Below, in pieces: positions 15,791-23,717 of a stretch of 38,866 nucleotides of DNA; the first letter of the stretch is position 1; each line of letters opens with the position of its first letter. Position numbers and translations under genes: made by a program. The notes beneath the pieces are model-generated. The model was not told where the DNA came from. It ran no database searches and saw only the letters and a program-made list of their open reading frames with translations. Source of the DNA: a virus. The stretch covers positions 1 through 38,866 of IMG/VR virus record IMGVR_UViG_3300010411_000004, one strand, 5' to 3'.

Positions 15791-16492
15791 ATGGGACTGA
15801 ATAAGTGCAAGGGGAATATGTATGACTGGATCACGCACACGCATACCCATTTGGCCGGGCGGTGTCCGCATGAGTGCGTGTATTGCTCCATTCAGGATTT
15901 GCAGAAGCGTTTTCCCAATCTGCCGTACAGCGGGCCGCTGCGGCTGAAGGAAAAAGAGTTCGCCGTGCAGTATGGCACCGGCAAGACGATTTTTGTTGAG
16001 AACTGTAACGATCTGTTTGCCGATGCGGTGCCGCTGGCGTGGATTGATCGGATTCTTGATCATTGTAGCGCGTGGCCCAAGAACGAATATATCTTTCAGA
16101 CGAAGAATCCGCATCGGCTTGCGGCAGGAATTTGGGTTTTTCCTCCCCGCTGCCTGATAGGGATAACGGTTGAGACAAACCGGGATAATGATTTAGGCAA
16201 CGCTCCATCTCGGCCTGATCGGCTTCGTTCGTTTATCCACATTGATTCTGAGTTTAAGACGTTCATCACGATCGAGCCGATTATGGATTTCGATCTGGAT
16301 GAGTTTGTCCGGCTGCTGATTGCGGCACAGCCTGATTTTGTGAACATCGGGGCGGATTCTAAAGGGCACGGGTTGCCGGAGCCTTCGTTCGAGAAGGTGA
16401 TACAGCTGGTGGACGCGCTGAAGGCCGCGGGCATTGAGGTGCGCGAAAAGCGGAATTTGGAGCGGCTCGGTTCGTCTAAACAACCGGCTTGA
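15791..16492 (+). CDS. DUF5131 (phage Gp37/Gp68)-like protein with a CX3CX2C radical-SAM-type motif
   Basis: GRCPHECVYCS is the Cys motif. IFVENCNDLFADAVPLAWIDRIL...IFQTKNPHRL...ITIEPIMD...DFVNIGADS follows the DUF5131 block order as I recall it. Confidence 0.75.
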   Translation: MGLNKCKGNMYDWITHTHTHLAGRCPHECVYCSIQDLQKRFPNLPYSGPLRLKEKEFAVQYGTGKTIFVENCNDLFADAVPLAWIDRILDHCSAWPKNEYIFQTKNPHRLAAGIWVFPPRCLIGITVETNRDNDLGNAPSRPDRLRSFIHIDSEFKTFITIEPIMDFDLDEFVRLLIAAQPDFVNIGADSKGHGLPEPSFEKVIQLVDALKAAGIEVREKRNLERLGSSKQPA

Positions 16493-16523
16493 TTTGTCTT
16501 TCCTTATAGAAGGGTGGTTTTTT

Positions 16524-17738
16524 GTGAGCAACGGACGGTTTCGCGGGCATTTTTTTCAACAGCTGAATCATCAGCGGGTGGGTTTGATGGCGCAAGGGCT
16601 TCCGGCCGTGGAGAGCGCCGTTTTTTTGAAGGCGTTGCTGCTGGTTGGGCTTTCCCGCCAGCAGTTTGATTTTACGGATGGCAGCTTGTCGGTGTCCGGT
16701 AAGCGGATGACGGCGGATGAGTTTGCGGGGTGGATTGCCGGTGTGACTCCCCAGGTTACGGCGGCGCGGGCATTGAAGGCGCTGGAGGTGCTTTGCGGGG
16801 CCGGGCTTCTCTCTATTAAAGGAAAGGGGCATTACGTCCGGATTGTGGATTGGGCGAAGGATCAAGGGGGAGCCCCGACGGCCGGGGCAGACCGGATGCG
16901 CAAGATGCGAGATGAGAACCGGCTGGCGGATGCCCGCGGCGCGTTGTCGAAATTCGACGGTACCGTGTTCGAGGCGGATGACCTGATTTATCAGATTCAG
17001 AGTGCGCTGAAGTGCAAACGGCAAATTGCGGGAAAAATTTTAGACGCTTTGGGGGATGAGGGTTTTGTTATGCCCGCCGAGGGTGGAAGGCTGTGCTTGC
17101 GTGTGGGTGTTTCGCCTAAGCCTGCCGCGCCTTCGGCGCTGCATCCCCCCCATGAGAGTGAGGGCGCAATAGCGCGTGAAAGTGAGGGTCACATGATGCG
17201 CCCTGCGGGCGTCACATGTGACAATCATTATCATAATCATAATCACAAGAGAGATGTGAATACATCTCATGATCATGATAGGCGCGCGCCCGGATACGAG
17301 CGCGGCCATGAGAAGAGCGAACCGCCTGCCGGATCGCTTCGCTCTCCGGCAGGTTCCGGGTTCGATGAGAATGATGGGGGGGGATGCAGCGCCGAAGGCG
17401 CGGGGTACCGCGCAGATCGTGCAGACCGCTCAACTGACGGTAAGCGCGGGTTGGATATTTTTTCTGTTCCTGATTCCGATCTGCCTGAGGCGGCCTGCCG
17501 GATTTGCCGTCCGAGCGATTTCGCAAAGTCGAAGGGAATTCTGACTTCGAAGATGATGGGTTTGAGGCGTGTGTTCGGACCGCAGAAGGCGCGGCAGATT
17601 TTTTGCGAAGAAACGGCCGCCGTGCAGACGGATATTCTCTGTCCCGGTGCGCGGGAGTTGCGAGAACCGGCGCGGGAGCTGTGCGCCAGGCTAAACGAGC
17701 GGATGGGTCAACCGCGAAGAAAGGAACGGGTGGCGTGA
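16524..17738 (+). CDS. Replisome-organiser / replication-initiator-like protein
   Basis: GTG 16524 follows AAGGGTGG. The N-terminal winged-helix-like region reads FFQQL...AVFLKALLLVG...VLCGAGLLSIKG. The middle is low-complexity and overlaps an AT-rich repeat island. Confidence 0.6.
   Translation: MSNGRFRGHFFQQLNHQRVGLMAQGLPAVESAVFLKALLLVGLSRQQFDFTDGSLSVSGKRMTADEFAGWIAGVTPQVTAARALKALEVLCGAGLLSIKGKGHYVRIVDWAKDQGGAPTAGADRMRKMRDENRLADARGALSKFDGTVFEADDLIYQIQSALKCKRQIAGKILDALGDEGFVMPAEGGRLCLRVGVSPKPAAPSALHPPHESEGAIARESEGHMMRPAGVTCDNHYHNHNHKRDVNTSHDHDRRAPGYERGHEKSEPPAGSLRSPAGSGFDENDGGGCSAEGAGYRADRADRSTDGKRGLDIFSVPDSDLPEAACRICRPSDFAKSKGILTSKMMGLRRVFGPQKARQIFCEETAAVQTDILCPGARELREPARELCARLNERMGQPRRKERVA
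17157..17290. other. Candidate origin of replication inside the initiator gene
   Basis: Direct repeats AGTGAGGG at 17157 and 17181. 12-bp palindrome GTCACATGTGAC at 17211..17222. Four hexamer repeats (ATCATT ATCATA ATCATA ATCACA) at 17224..17247. Inverted repeat GAGATGT/ACATCTC, then ATGATCAT, then GGCGCGCGCC. The region is locally AT-rich in a GC-rich gene. Confidence 0.4.
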
Positions 17739-18091
17739 TGGTTTGCAAGCAGGAGTTGAAAGCAGAGCTGGAGAAATCGCTGGCGGCCGGTGTGATGACG
17801 GATCGTTTTGCGGTGCTGGCTGAGGAGATTGTGGCCGGCTATTTCAGCCAGCGGAGCATGAAGGGCTTTTCTGCCGGAGTGCGTGAGGAGTTTATGGGGT
17901 TTTTCCGGATGAGGCTGGTGCGGTATTGGCAGAAGCTGGATCCGGAGCGCAATCCGCATTCTGCGATTACCCAGCAGGGGCGCTGGGCGGTTCTGGATTC
18001 AGAACGGAAGTTTAAGCAGCGCAAGCGGCTGATGGAGCGGATGCGTGAGAATGGCAGTTTTGATGAGGCGCTGGGAGAAACCGCACTATGA
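17738..18091 (+). CDS. T4 gp55-like late sigma factor candidate
   Basis: ATG overlaps the previous stop. FAVLAEEIVAGYFSQRSMKGFS...FMGFFRMRLVRYWQKLDPERNPHSAITQQGRWAVLDSERKFKQRK aligns by eye with T4 gp55 (...FNFSGYT...[34 protein letters not shown], recalled from memory). Confidence 0.55.
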   Translation: MVCKQELKAELEKSLAAGVMTDRFAVLAEEIVAGYFSQRSMKGFSAGVREEFMGFFRMRLVRYWQKLDPERNPHSAITQQGRWAVLDSERKFKQRKRLMERMRENGSFDEALGETAL

Positions 18092-18288
18092 GTTATTCGA
18101 AGGGCGGGCGGAAGGTAATGGAGCGGGTTTCTGATGTTCCGAGCTGGGTGGGTTTGCCTGAGATTTCTCGGGATGCTGACTTTGTGACGTTCAAGACGCG
18201 GCGCGGCCGCAAGCAGGTTCCGGTTGGGGATGTGGAGCGATGGGAACGGTTCCGCTGTAGCGGAAGAGAACGAAGAAAGGGAAAATGA
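18088..18288 (+). CDS. Hypothetical small basic protein
   Basis: 66-aa ORF with an ATGA overlap. Confidence 0.5.
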   Translation: MSYSKGGRKVMERVSDVPSWVGLPEISRDADFVTFKTRRGRKQVPVGDVERWERFRCSGRERRKGK

Positions 18289-18554
18289 TGAGCAAGAACA
18301 ATGAGTTGAGAAAGGCGCGGCGGCTGGAGGTTCGCCGGAAAGTCGCAAGACGGACGGCGCTGAATGTGTTTTTGAAGATGCAGAGTCTTTCGTTGCGCGA
18401 GCGACTGAAGCTTGCGCGGTTGCTGGTTTGGCAGAGTGATTTGAAGTTTGAGGCGCGCAAGCAGGGGAAGAGTGTTTCCGTGCTGATTGGTGAGATGAAT
18501 AAGCCGAACAGTCGCGGCAGCGGAGCTGACCGCGTTGGTTCGGCTGGATGTTGA
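18285..18554 (+). CDS. Hypothetical basic protein
   Basis: 89-aa ORF with an ATGA overlap. Confidence 0.5.
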   Translation: MMSKNNELRKARRLEVRRKVARRTALNVFLKMQSLSLRERLKLARLLVWQSDLKFEARKQGKSVSVLIGEMNKPNSRGSGADRVGSAGC

Positions 18555-18608
18555 TTTTTTGGGCGGGGATGAACCCAGCCCGTACAGCAAAATGAGAGGG
18601 AGATGGTT

Positions 18609-18875
18609 ATGGGAATCAAGTTGTTTGGAAAAACGGTGATGGTTGAGCCGGTGATGAAAGAGCAGAAGATGAAGCTGATTATTCCGGATTCGGCCAAAGA
18701 GAAGGCGGAGTGTGATGTGGTGGTTAGAGCAGTTGGGCCGGAGGTGAAAACCGTGAAGCCTGGGGATACCGTGGTTTGTCGGGCGGGTGATGGAAAGCCG
18801 CTCAAGTTTGACAATGGCGACGGGGTGAAGCTCTACAGCTTTTTCGAGGAGAAGGATATTCTCGGCCGCTTTTAA
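18609..18875 (+). CDS. GroES/Cpn10-like co-chaperonin
   Basis: IKLFGKTVMVEPV...KLIIPDSAKEKAECDVVVRAVGPEVKTVKPGDTVV...EEKDILGRF follows the Cpn10 pattern (PLGDRVLV..., IIP..AKEK, V.AVG.G, GD.V, DIL). ATG 18609 lies 6 nt after GGGAG. Confidence 0.8.
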   Translation: MGIKLFGKTVMVEPVMKEQKMKLIIPDSAKEKAECDVVVRAVGPEVKTVKPGDTVVCRAGDGKPLKFDNGDGVKLYSFFEEKDILGRF

Positions 18876-18883
18876 TTATTACC

Positions 18884-18944
18884 CCGCTACGCGCGCTCGT
18901 GCGCGAATTTGTGTGCGCATGCGCGCGCGTCCTATAACCGCTAC
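18884..18944. promoter_or_regulatory. GC-rich imperfect palindrome flanked by CCGCTAC direct repeats, upstream of terS
   Basis: ACGCGCGCTCGTGCGCGA (18889..18906) faces TGTGCGCATGCGCGCGCGT (18912..18930). CCGCTAC occurs at 18884..18890 and 18938..18944. TerS ATG is at 18965. Confidence 0.5.
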
Positions 18945-18964
18945 AGACAAAACGGACTGAACTG

Positions 18965-19612
18965 ATGGCCGGAAAAACGACGAAAACCAGAGGACAGAGG
19001 ACAGGGGACAGAGGTCAGAAACCGACTTCTGTCGACAAAAAATCTGTCGTGAAAAATGCTCCGAAAAATGCTCCGAAAAAGGCGGGTAATGTTCGCGCTG
19101 TAGCGCGAAAGAACCACAAAAAAACAGTGCGCAAAGTTGGGCGTCCAGACGGGTTTTCGTGGCCGGTTGCGGAGCGGATTCTGGATTCAATTGCTGGTGG
19201 TGAAAGCCTGACGAATGCCTGTGAGAAGGACGGGTTGCCGACGCGTAAGACGGTGAGTGGCTGGGTGCGCAAAGGGGCTCTTGGGGTGGATGTGGATCTG
19301 CGCTCGTTTGCGGAGGGGTTTGTGCTGGCCTGCCGGGTGCGGGTGGCGCTGCTGGAGGATGATTTTGTGGAGCTGATTCGCAAGATCCGGACGGCCTCAA
19401 AGGAAGAGTTTACGGAGATGGTGGCGGTACGCTTCAAACTGGAGATGGATGGGCTGAAGTGGTACCTCGGAAAGTTCCGTGTGGGTGCTCAGCTGGACGG
19501 GGTGGATGAGGCGCTGGCGCGATTGAAAGCGGATTGCGGTGACGGGGAAGAGGATGGACGGATTACCGGTTTCCGTCTGGTGGTTCATCGCGGAGAGAGT
19601 GATGAAGCTTAA
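18965..19612 (+). CDS. Terminase small subunit (putative)
   Basis: It lies immediately upstream of TerL and overlaps it. It has a basic N-terminus, then GRPDGFSWPVAERILDSIAGGESLTNACEKDGLPTRKTVSGWV (HTH-like), then a helical C-terminus. Confidence 0.65.
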   Translation: MAGKTTKTRGQRTGDRGQKPTSVDKKSVVKNAPKNAPKKAGNVRAVARKNHKKTVRKVGRPDGFSWPVAERILDSIAGGESLTNACEKDGLPTRKTVSGWVRKGALGVDVDLRSFAEGFVLACRVRVALLEDDFVELIRKIRTASKEEFTEMVAVRFKLEMDGLKWYLGKFRVGAQLDGVDEALARLKADCGDGEEDGRITGFRLVVHRGESDEA

Positions 19613-21008
19613 AGATATTTCTGTGACGGTGAATCTGGAGCGTCTGGCGGACAGTACGTTTCCGGCTTATTCGGGTTGGATCAATCGGGGGACAGGAAGC
19701 CTGCTTGAGTCGGCGAGCCGGCTTGGTGGTTGGACTGAGCCGGGGGAAAAGTACCGGGCGACGCGCAAGCGCTATGCGGTTCTGGAGGGTTCTTCCGGCT
19801 CTTCGAAGACAATCAGCATTTTACAGTATTTGATTCAGTATCATTTGCTTCAGCGCAAGGTGAAGGTGGACTGTTTTCGGCACGATCAGGCGACGTGTAA
19901 CGATTCGGTGATTGAGGATTTCCGGTTCGTTATGGGGCCGGATCAGTTCGATTTGTGGGATGACAAGTGCTGGAATGAGCAGCGCAAGGAGTACCGGTTT
20001 AAGAACGGGGCAATGCTGCGGTTTCGCGGATGCCAGAAGCCTGGCAAGCTGCACGGTCCGCGCCGCGATATTGCGTGGCTGAATGAGGTTACGGAAATTT
20101 CGTATGAGGCGTTCCGGCAGATTAACGCCCGCACGAATGATTTTATCATCATGGACTTTAACCCGAGCATTTCGGTGCATTGGGTGTTTGAGCGCGTTCT
20201 GAAGCAGGGGGCTGAGCGGGTGGATTATTTCCATTCGACGTTCCGGGACAATCCGTTTATTTCGCCGGAGGCGCGCGGGGATATTCTGAGCTGGCAACCG
20301 ACCCCGGCCAACATTCTGGCGGGCACGGCGGATAAGTGGAGCTGGGAGGTGTACGGCCTCGGGAAGCGGGCCCGGCGAGAAGGGGCGATTTTCGACAACT
20401 GGCATGTGTTGGAAGATGAGCAGTGGCCGAAAGAACTCTATGCGGCGCAGCGCGATGGGCATTTTGTGGATTTTGGTTTTTCTCAGGATCCCACGGCGGT
20501 CGGTCGGGCCTTCCTGCTGCGTGACCGGCTGTATGTGCGCGAGGTGGTGTATGAGACGGGGCTGATTACGACGGTGAACCAGAGCAATCCGGACAAACCG
20601 AGTCTGGAGCTGCGGTTGCGTGAGGCGGCGGAGTGCGGCCAGTTTATTCCCAGCCTGCTGATGGTTGGGGATGCAGCGGCGGCGGAAGCGCTGGCGGATT
20701 TGGCGGCGAGCGGTTTTCTGGTTGAGGCGTGCGAGAAGGGGGCCGGAAGCATTCAGTACGGCATTAACCTGCTGAAGCAATTTACGATCTACGTCCACCG
20801 GGACAGCAACAATTTTCAGGCGGAGCTGGAGAATTATGCGTGGAAGAAGCAGCCGGACGGCCATTTTTCGGATGAGCCGGAAGATCGGTTTAACCATTTG
20901 CTGGACGGTTTGCGGTATTGGGCGAAGCGGAATTTGAAGCCTCGGGCATTGAATGTGAATGCGAACCGGGGTCGCGGGCGGGTTGTTAAAAAACTGAGGA
21001 GATACTGA
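19602..21008 (+). CDS. Terminase large subunit
   Basis: Walker A-like LEGSSGSSKT. FHSTFRDNPFISPEA is typical of PBSX-type TerL. The C-terminal nuclease block is FGFSQDPTA...DGLRY. ATG 19602 overlaps the TerS end. Confidence 0.9.
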   Translation: MKLKDISVTVNLERLADSTFPAYSGWINRGTGSLLESASRLGGWTEPGEKYRATRKRYAVLEGSSGSSKTISILQYLIQYHLLQRKVKVDCFRHDQATCNDSVIEDFRFVMGPDQFDLWDDKCWNEQRKEYRFKNGAMLRFRGCQKPGKLHGPRRDIAWLNEVTEISYEAFRQINARTNDFIIMDFNPSISVHWVFERVLKQGAERVDYFHSTFRDNPFISPEARGDILSWQPTPANILAGTADKWSWEVYGLGKRARREGAIFDNWHVLEDEQWPKELYAAQRDGHFVDFGFSQDPTAVGRAFLLRDRLYVREVVYETGLITTVNQSNPDKPSLELRLREAAECGQFIPSLLMVGDAAAAEALADLAASGFLVEACEKGAGSIQYGINLLKQFTIYVHRDSNNFQAELENYAWKKQPDGHFSDEPEDRFNHLLDGLRYWAKRNLKPRALNVNANRGRGRVVKKLRRY

Positions 21009-21013
21009 TCTAA

Positions 21014-21676
21014 ATGAATGCAGAGTGTCGAGTGTTGGGTGGCGGAGAGAATCAAGAGAATGTGTTTATTCATTTGAAGCCGACGGCGGAAGAGGTGCGC
21101 GGGGTCTATCTGGAGATGGCGGCGGCCGATACGCTGAAGCACCTGCCGGAGTTCATCCGCGATGTGAAGGACTGGATGGAATATTTTCTTCCGAAACCGA
21201 AAAAGCCGCGGGCGATTGCATTTTGTCCGGTGGTAATCGAGGTGGATGGACGCTATCCGGCGATGATTTATCTGACGGACTGGCGGGAGCGCGGGCAGAG
21301 CGCGCAGGTTCATTTTGCGGCGCATGCGCAGTTCCGGCCAAAGACGGTTTTTTGTGCCTGCCGATTGGCGGTGGAGATGATTTTGCGCAGCAAAGAGGTG
21401 GATTTGCTGGATGTTTGCTGCACAGAGGACAACGTGCGATCCATCAAAATGGCGGCAGCGATGGGGTTTGTTGAGACGGCGCGTGCGGCTGGTTGCGTAC
21501 ATAGCTCGAAAACACTCAAAGGGGAGATTTATGACGCCAAAGGCAAAGAAGCTAGACGATCCGACGAAGGCGGCCGCTCCGGTTACGCCGGAAAACGCGG
21601 ATGTGCAGGCAGCCGGAGAAGCGGAGCGTCGCAGGCTTCAGCAACAGCAGGGGAGGCAGACCACCTACCGGGTTAA
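21014..21676 (+). CDS. GNAT-like acetyltransferase (putative) with an unusual 3' extension
   Basis: NVRSIKMAAAMGFVE resembles the GNAT motif. The last 45 or so codons are low-complexity and overlap the next gene and the conserved 14-mer. Confidence 0.5.
   Translation: MNAECRVLGGGENQENVFIHLKPTAEEVRGVYLEMAAADTLKHLPEFIRDVKDWMEYFLPKPKKPRAIAFCPVVIEVDGRYPAMIYLTDWRERGQSAQVHFAAHAQFRPKTVFCACRLAVEMILRSKEVDLLDVCCTEDNVRSIKMAAAMGFVETARAAGCVHSSKTLKGEIYDAKGKEARRSDEGGRSGYAGKRGCAGSRRSGASQASATAGEADHLPG
21491..21504 (+). promoter_or_regulatory. Conserved 14-mer GGTTGCGTACATAG, copy 2
   Basis: Identical to copies at 2383 and 25110. It ends 26 nt upstream of the ATG at 21531. Confidence 0.5.
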
Positions 21677-21731
21677 TCCGATGGAGGGCGGGCAGTTTGC
21701 GAATATGCTGAAAACCAGAACGGGCGACTAA
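21531..21731 (+). CDS. Small virion-module protein
   Basis: RBS GGGGAG. The 66-aa product contains QQQQGRQTTYRV. It lies between the GNAT-like gene and the portal gene. Confidence 0.55.
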   Translation: MTPKAKKLDDPTKAAAPVTPENADVQAAGEAERRRLQQQQGRQTTYRVNPMEGGQFANMLKTRTGD

Positions 21732-21786
21732 GGGATTGCGGATTGAAGATTTACGATTGCTGATTTCAGCCTGAAGAAAGAGAATT

Positions 21787-23463
21787 ATGGCGAAGACGAT
21801 TGCCGAAAAGATCATCAAAACGCGCGACACGCTGAAAAGCAAGCGGTCGACGTATAAGACGGTTTGCGATGATGTGTGCCGTCTGTTTAATCCGGAACTG
21901 GAGGATCTGCTGGAGGCTCCGGAAGGTTCTGAGGTTCTTCAGCCGATTATTTCGACGGGGATTCTGGCGCAGGAACGGATGACGTCGGGTCTATTTTCGA
22001 ACACGATGAGCATGGGCCGCGGGAACATCATCGACCAGGACCCGAAGAAGATGAAGCAGCCGGAGGTGACGCGGTTCTATACGGCGCTGAGTAAATCAAC
22101 CCACCGGCGGATCCAGCAGAGCCCGTTTCCTGAATCGTACAACGAGATGTTGACCGGGTTCGGTGCGCGCGGTGAAGGGTGTTTCTATGTCGATTTCAAT
22201 GAAAAGACGCTTCAGCACGAGTTTTTGGTGTATCCGTCGACGAAGGTCTTTCCGGTGCGGGATGCGCGCGGGAATCTGATTGAGGTCTATCGGGAATACG
22301 AATTGAGCGCGGCGGAAGCGGTGGCGGAGTTTGGTCTGGATGAGGTGACCGATGAGATCCGCAAGGCGTACGAGAAAGAGGATCACGATAAAAACTTTGA
22401 GTTTGTGCATGTGCTGCGCCGCAGGCGTGAGCGCAACACCAAGCGGCGCGACAGCAAAAACATGCCGTTTGAGAGTATCCATGTGGAGGTTTCGAAGAAG
22501 GCCAAGGTGAAAGAGTCCGGCACGCACCGGATGCGCTATTTGATGCCGCGCTTTTATGTGCGCGACGGGGAGCTTTCGGGTCGATCCCCGGCGATGAAGG
22601 CGCTGCCGGTGGCGCGCACGCTGATGAAGGTGGTGAGCGACCACATGGACGGCGTGGAATTGCAGATTGGCCCGCCTATTTTTCTACCGGACAAGGATGC
22701 GGTGGAGTCTGCCGTGCTGGAAGCTTTCGGGGTGAACTATTGCGATACGAGCAAGGGGCAGATTTTCACCTATAACGGCAGTGGAAACCTTCAGCTGAGT
22801 GCCGATTTTATTGAGTTTTTGAAGGATGAGCTGAACAAGCTGCATTATGTTGATCTGTTCACAATGCTTGAGCAGATCAAAAACAGCGCCAAGACGGCGT
22901 TTGAAATTTCCCAGCTGGTGGCGGAGCGCATTCAGGCGATCAGCCCGGTGATTAACCGCCTGAGCAGCGGATTTTTTGCGCCGCTGTATGAAATCGTGGC
23001 GGAAGACATTCTAGCCTTCAACCTTCTGAATGAGCAGATTCCGGCGGTGCTTCTGCAGGACAGCGGTGACGGGCAGGGCAGCGGGTTCAATGTGCAGTAC
23101 ACGAGCCGTCTGGATGTGCAATTGTCGGATCTGGAGCTGTCGAGTCTGGCGCAGGCTGTGATGCAGGCCGGTGAGATGGTGGCCGCAATTAAACAGAATC
23201 CGTATCTGGATGCTGCGCTGAAGTGTGATGTCTTGATCCGCAAAATTTTCGAGGCGAAGAACGTCGACACGGAAATGATGTACACGGATCAGGAATATAA
23301 AGACAACGTGAAGGCCTTTTTGGAGGCGCAGGCCAAGCAGGCGCAGCAGGAGGCTCTGGCGAGTGCCGTGAAGCCGATTGATGCCCAGCGGAAGTCTGAG
23401 CCGGGCAGTCCGATTGAAGCTGTGGGTGAGGCACAGAAGCAGAACCAAACGGTGGCAATTTGA
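21787..23463 (+). CDS. Portal protein (T7 gp8-type head-to-tail connector)
   Basis: 558 aa, positioned after the terminase genes. RFYVRDGELSGRSPAMKALPVARTLMKV parallels T7 gp8 MVRLDGESYGRSYIEEYLGDLRSLENL. Confidence 0.88.
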   Translation: MAKTIAEKIIKTRDTLKSKRSTYKTVCDDVCRLFNPELEDLLEAPEGSEVLQPIISTGILAQERMTSGLFSNTMSMGRGNIIDQDPKKMKQPEVTRFYTALSKSTHRRIQQSPFPESYNEMLTGFGARGEGCFYVDFNEKTLQHEFLVYPSTKVFPVRDARGNLIEVYREYELSAAEAVAEFGLDEVTDEIRKAYEKEDHDKNFEFVHVLRRRRERNTKRRDSKNMPFESIHVEVSKKAKVKESGTHRMRYLMPRFYVRDGELSGRSPAMKALPVARTLMKVVSDHMDGVELQIGPPIFLPDKDAVESAVLEAFGVNYCDTSKGQIFTYNGSGNLQLSADFIEFLKDELNKLHYVDLFTMLEQIKNSAKTAFEISQLVAERIQAISPVINRLSSGFFAPLYEIVAEDILAFNLLNEQIPAVLLQDSGDGQGSGFNVQYTSRLDVQLSDLELSSLAQAVMQAGEMVAAIKQNPYLDAALKCDVLIRKIFEAKNVDTEMMYTDQEYKDNVKAFLEAQAKQAQQEALASAVKPIDAQRKSEPGSPIEAVGEAQKQNQTVAI

Positions 23464-23717
23464 AAACGGGCCGAACCAAAAGGGCTTTAGCGGGTGATTC
23501 TCAGGCGAAACGGTCTGCACGGTTTCGCAAGGTGTTTGGCACGGTGGACGGGAAGCGGGTGCTCGAGGATCTGATTGAAGAGTCTGGGATGAACGGAAAG
23601 CTGTTTGCTCCGGATGCGCGGGTGCAGGAACACAAAGTGGCCCGCAATGATTTTATGGTTTGGGTTTTGGATCAGATAAACTGGAAGCCGCAAGGCAAAG
23701 GAGGAAGTGATGAGTAA
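23460..23717 (+). CDS. Small conserved protein after the portal, Bbp19-like by memory
   Basis: The TTG start overlaps the portal stop. It contains FRKVFGTVDGKRVLEDL...ARNDFMVWVL. Confidence 0.5.
   Translation: MKTGRTKRALAGDSQAKRSARFRKVFGTVDGKRVLEDLIEESGMNGKLFAPDARVQEHKVARNDFMVWVLDQINWKPQGKGGSDE

Noticed and set aside
16434-16523. The upstream extension of the initiator-like ORF (ATG 16434), overlapping the end of the DUF5131-like gene.
   Set aside because: The extension reads as junk (MRCAKSGIWSGSVRLNN...). A GTG at 16524 with an upstream AAGGGTGG gives a sensible N-terminus.
19821-20897. 358-aa minus-strand ORF inside the terminase large subunit. Similar long antisense ORFs occur at 259..1272, 14490..15641, 25273..26430, 29997..30869, 31458..32228, 34358..35452 and 35498..36385.
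   Set aside because: Their composition is R/L/H/P/Q-rich, which is typical of the antisense frame of GC-rich coding DNA. Each lies opposite a plus-strand gene with recognisable motifs or a strong RBS.
21025-21474. 149-aa plus-strand ORF in an alternative frame of the GNAT-like gene.
   Set aside because: It has Gly/Arg-rich low-complexity composition and no RBS. The overlapping frame carries the GNAT-like motif.
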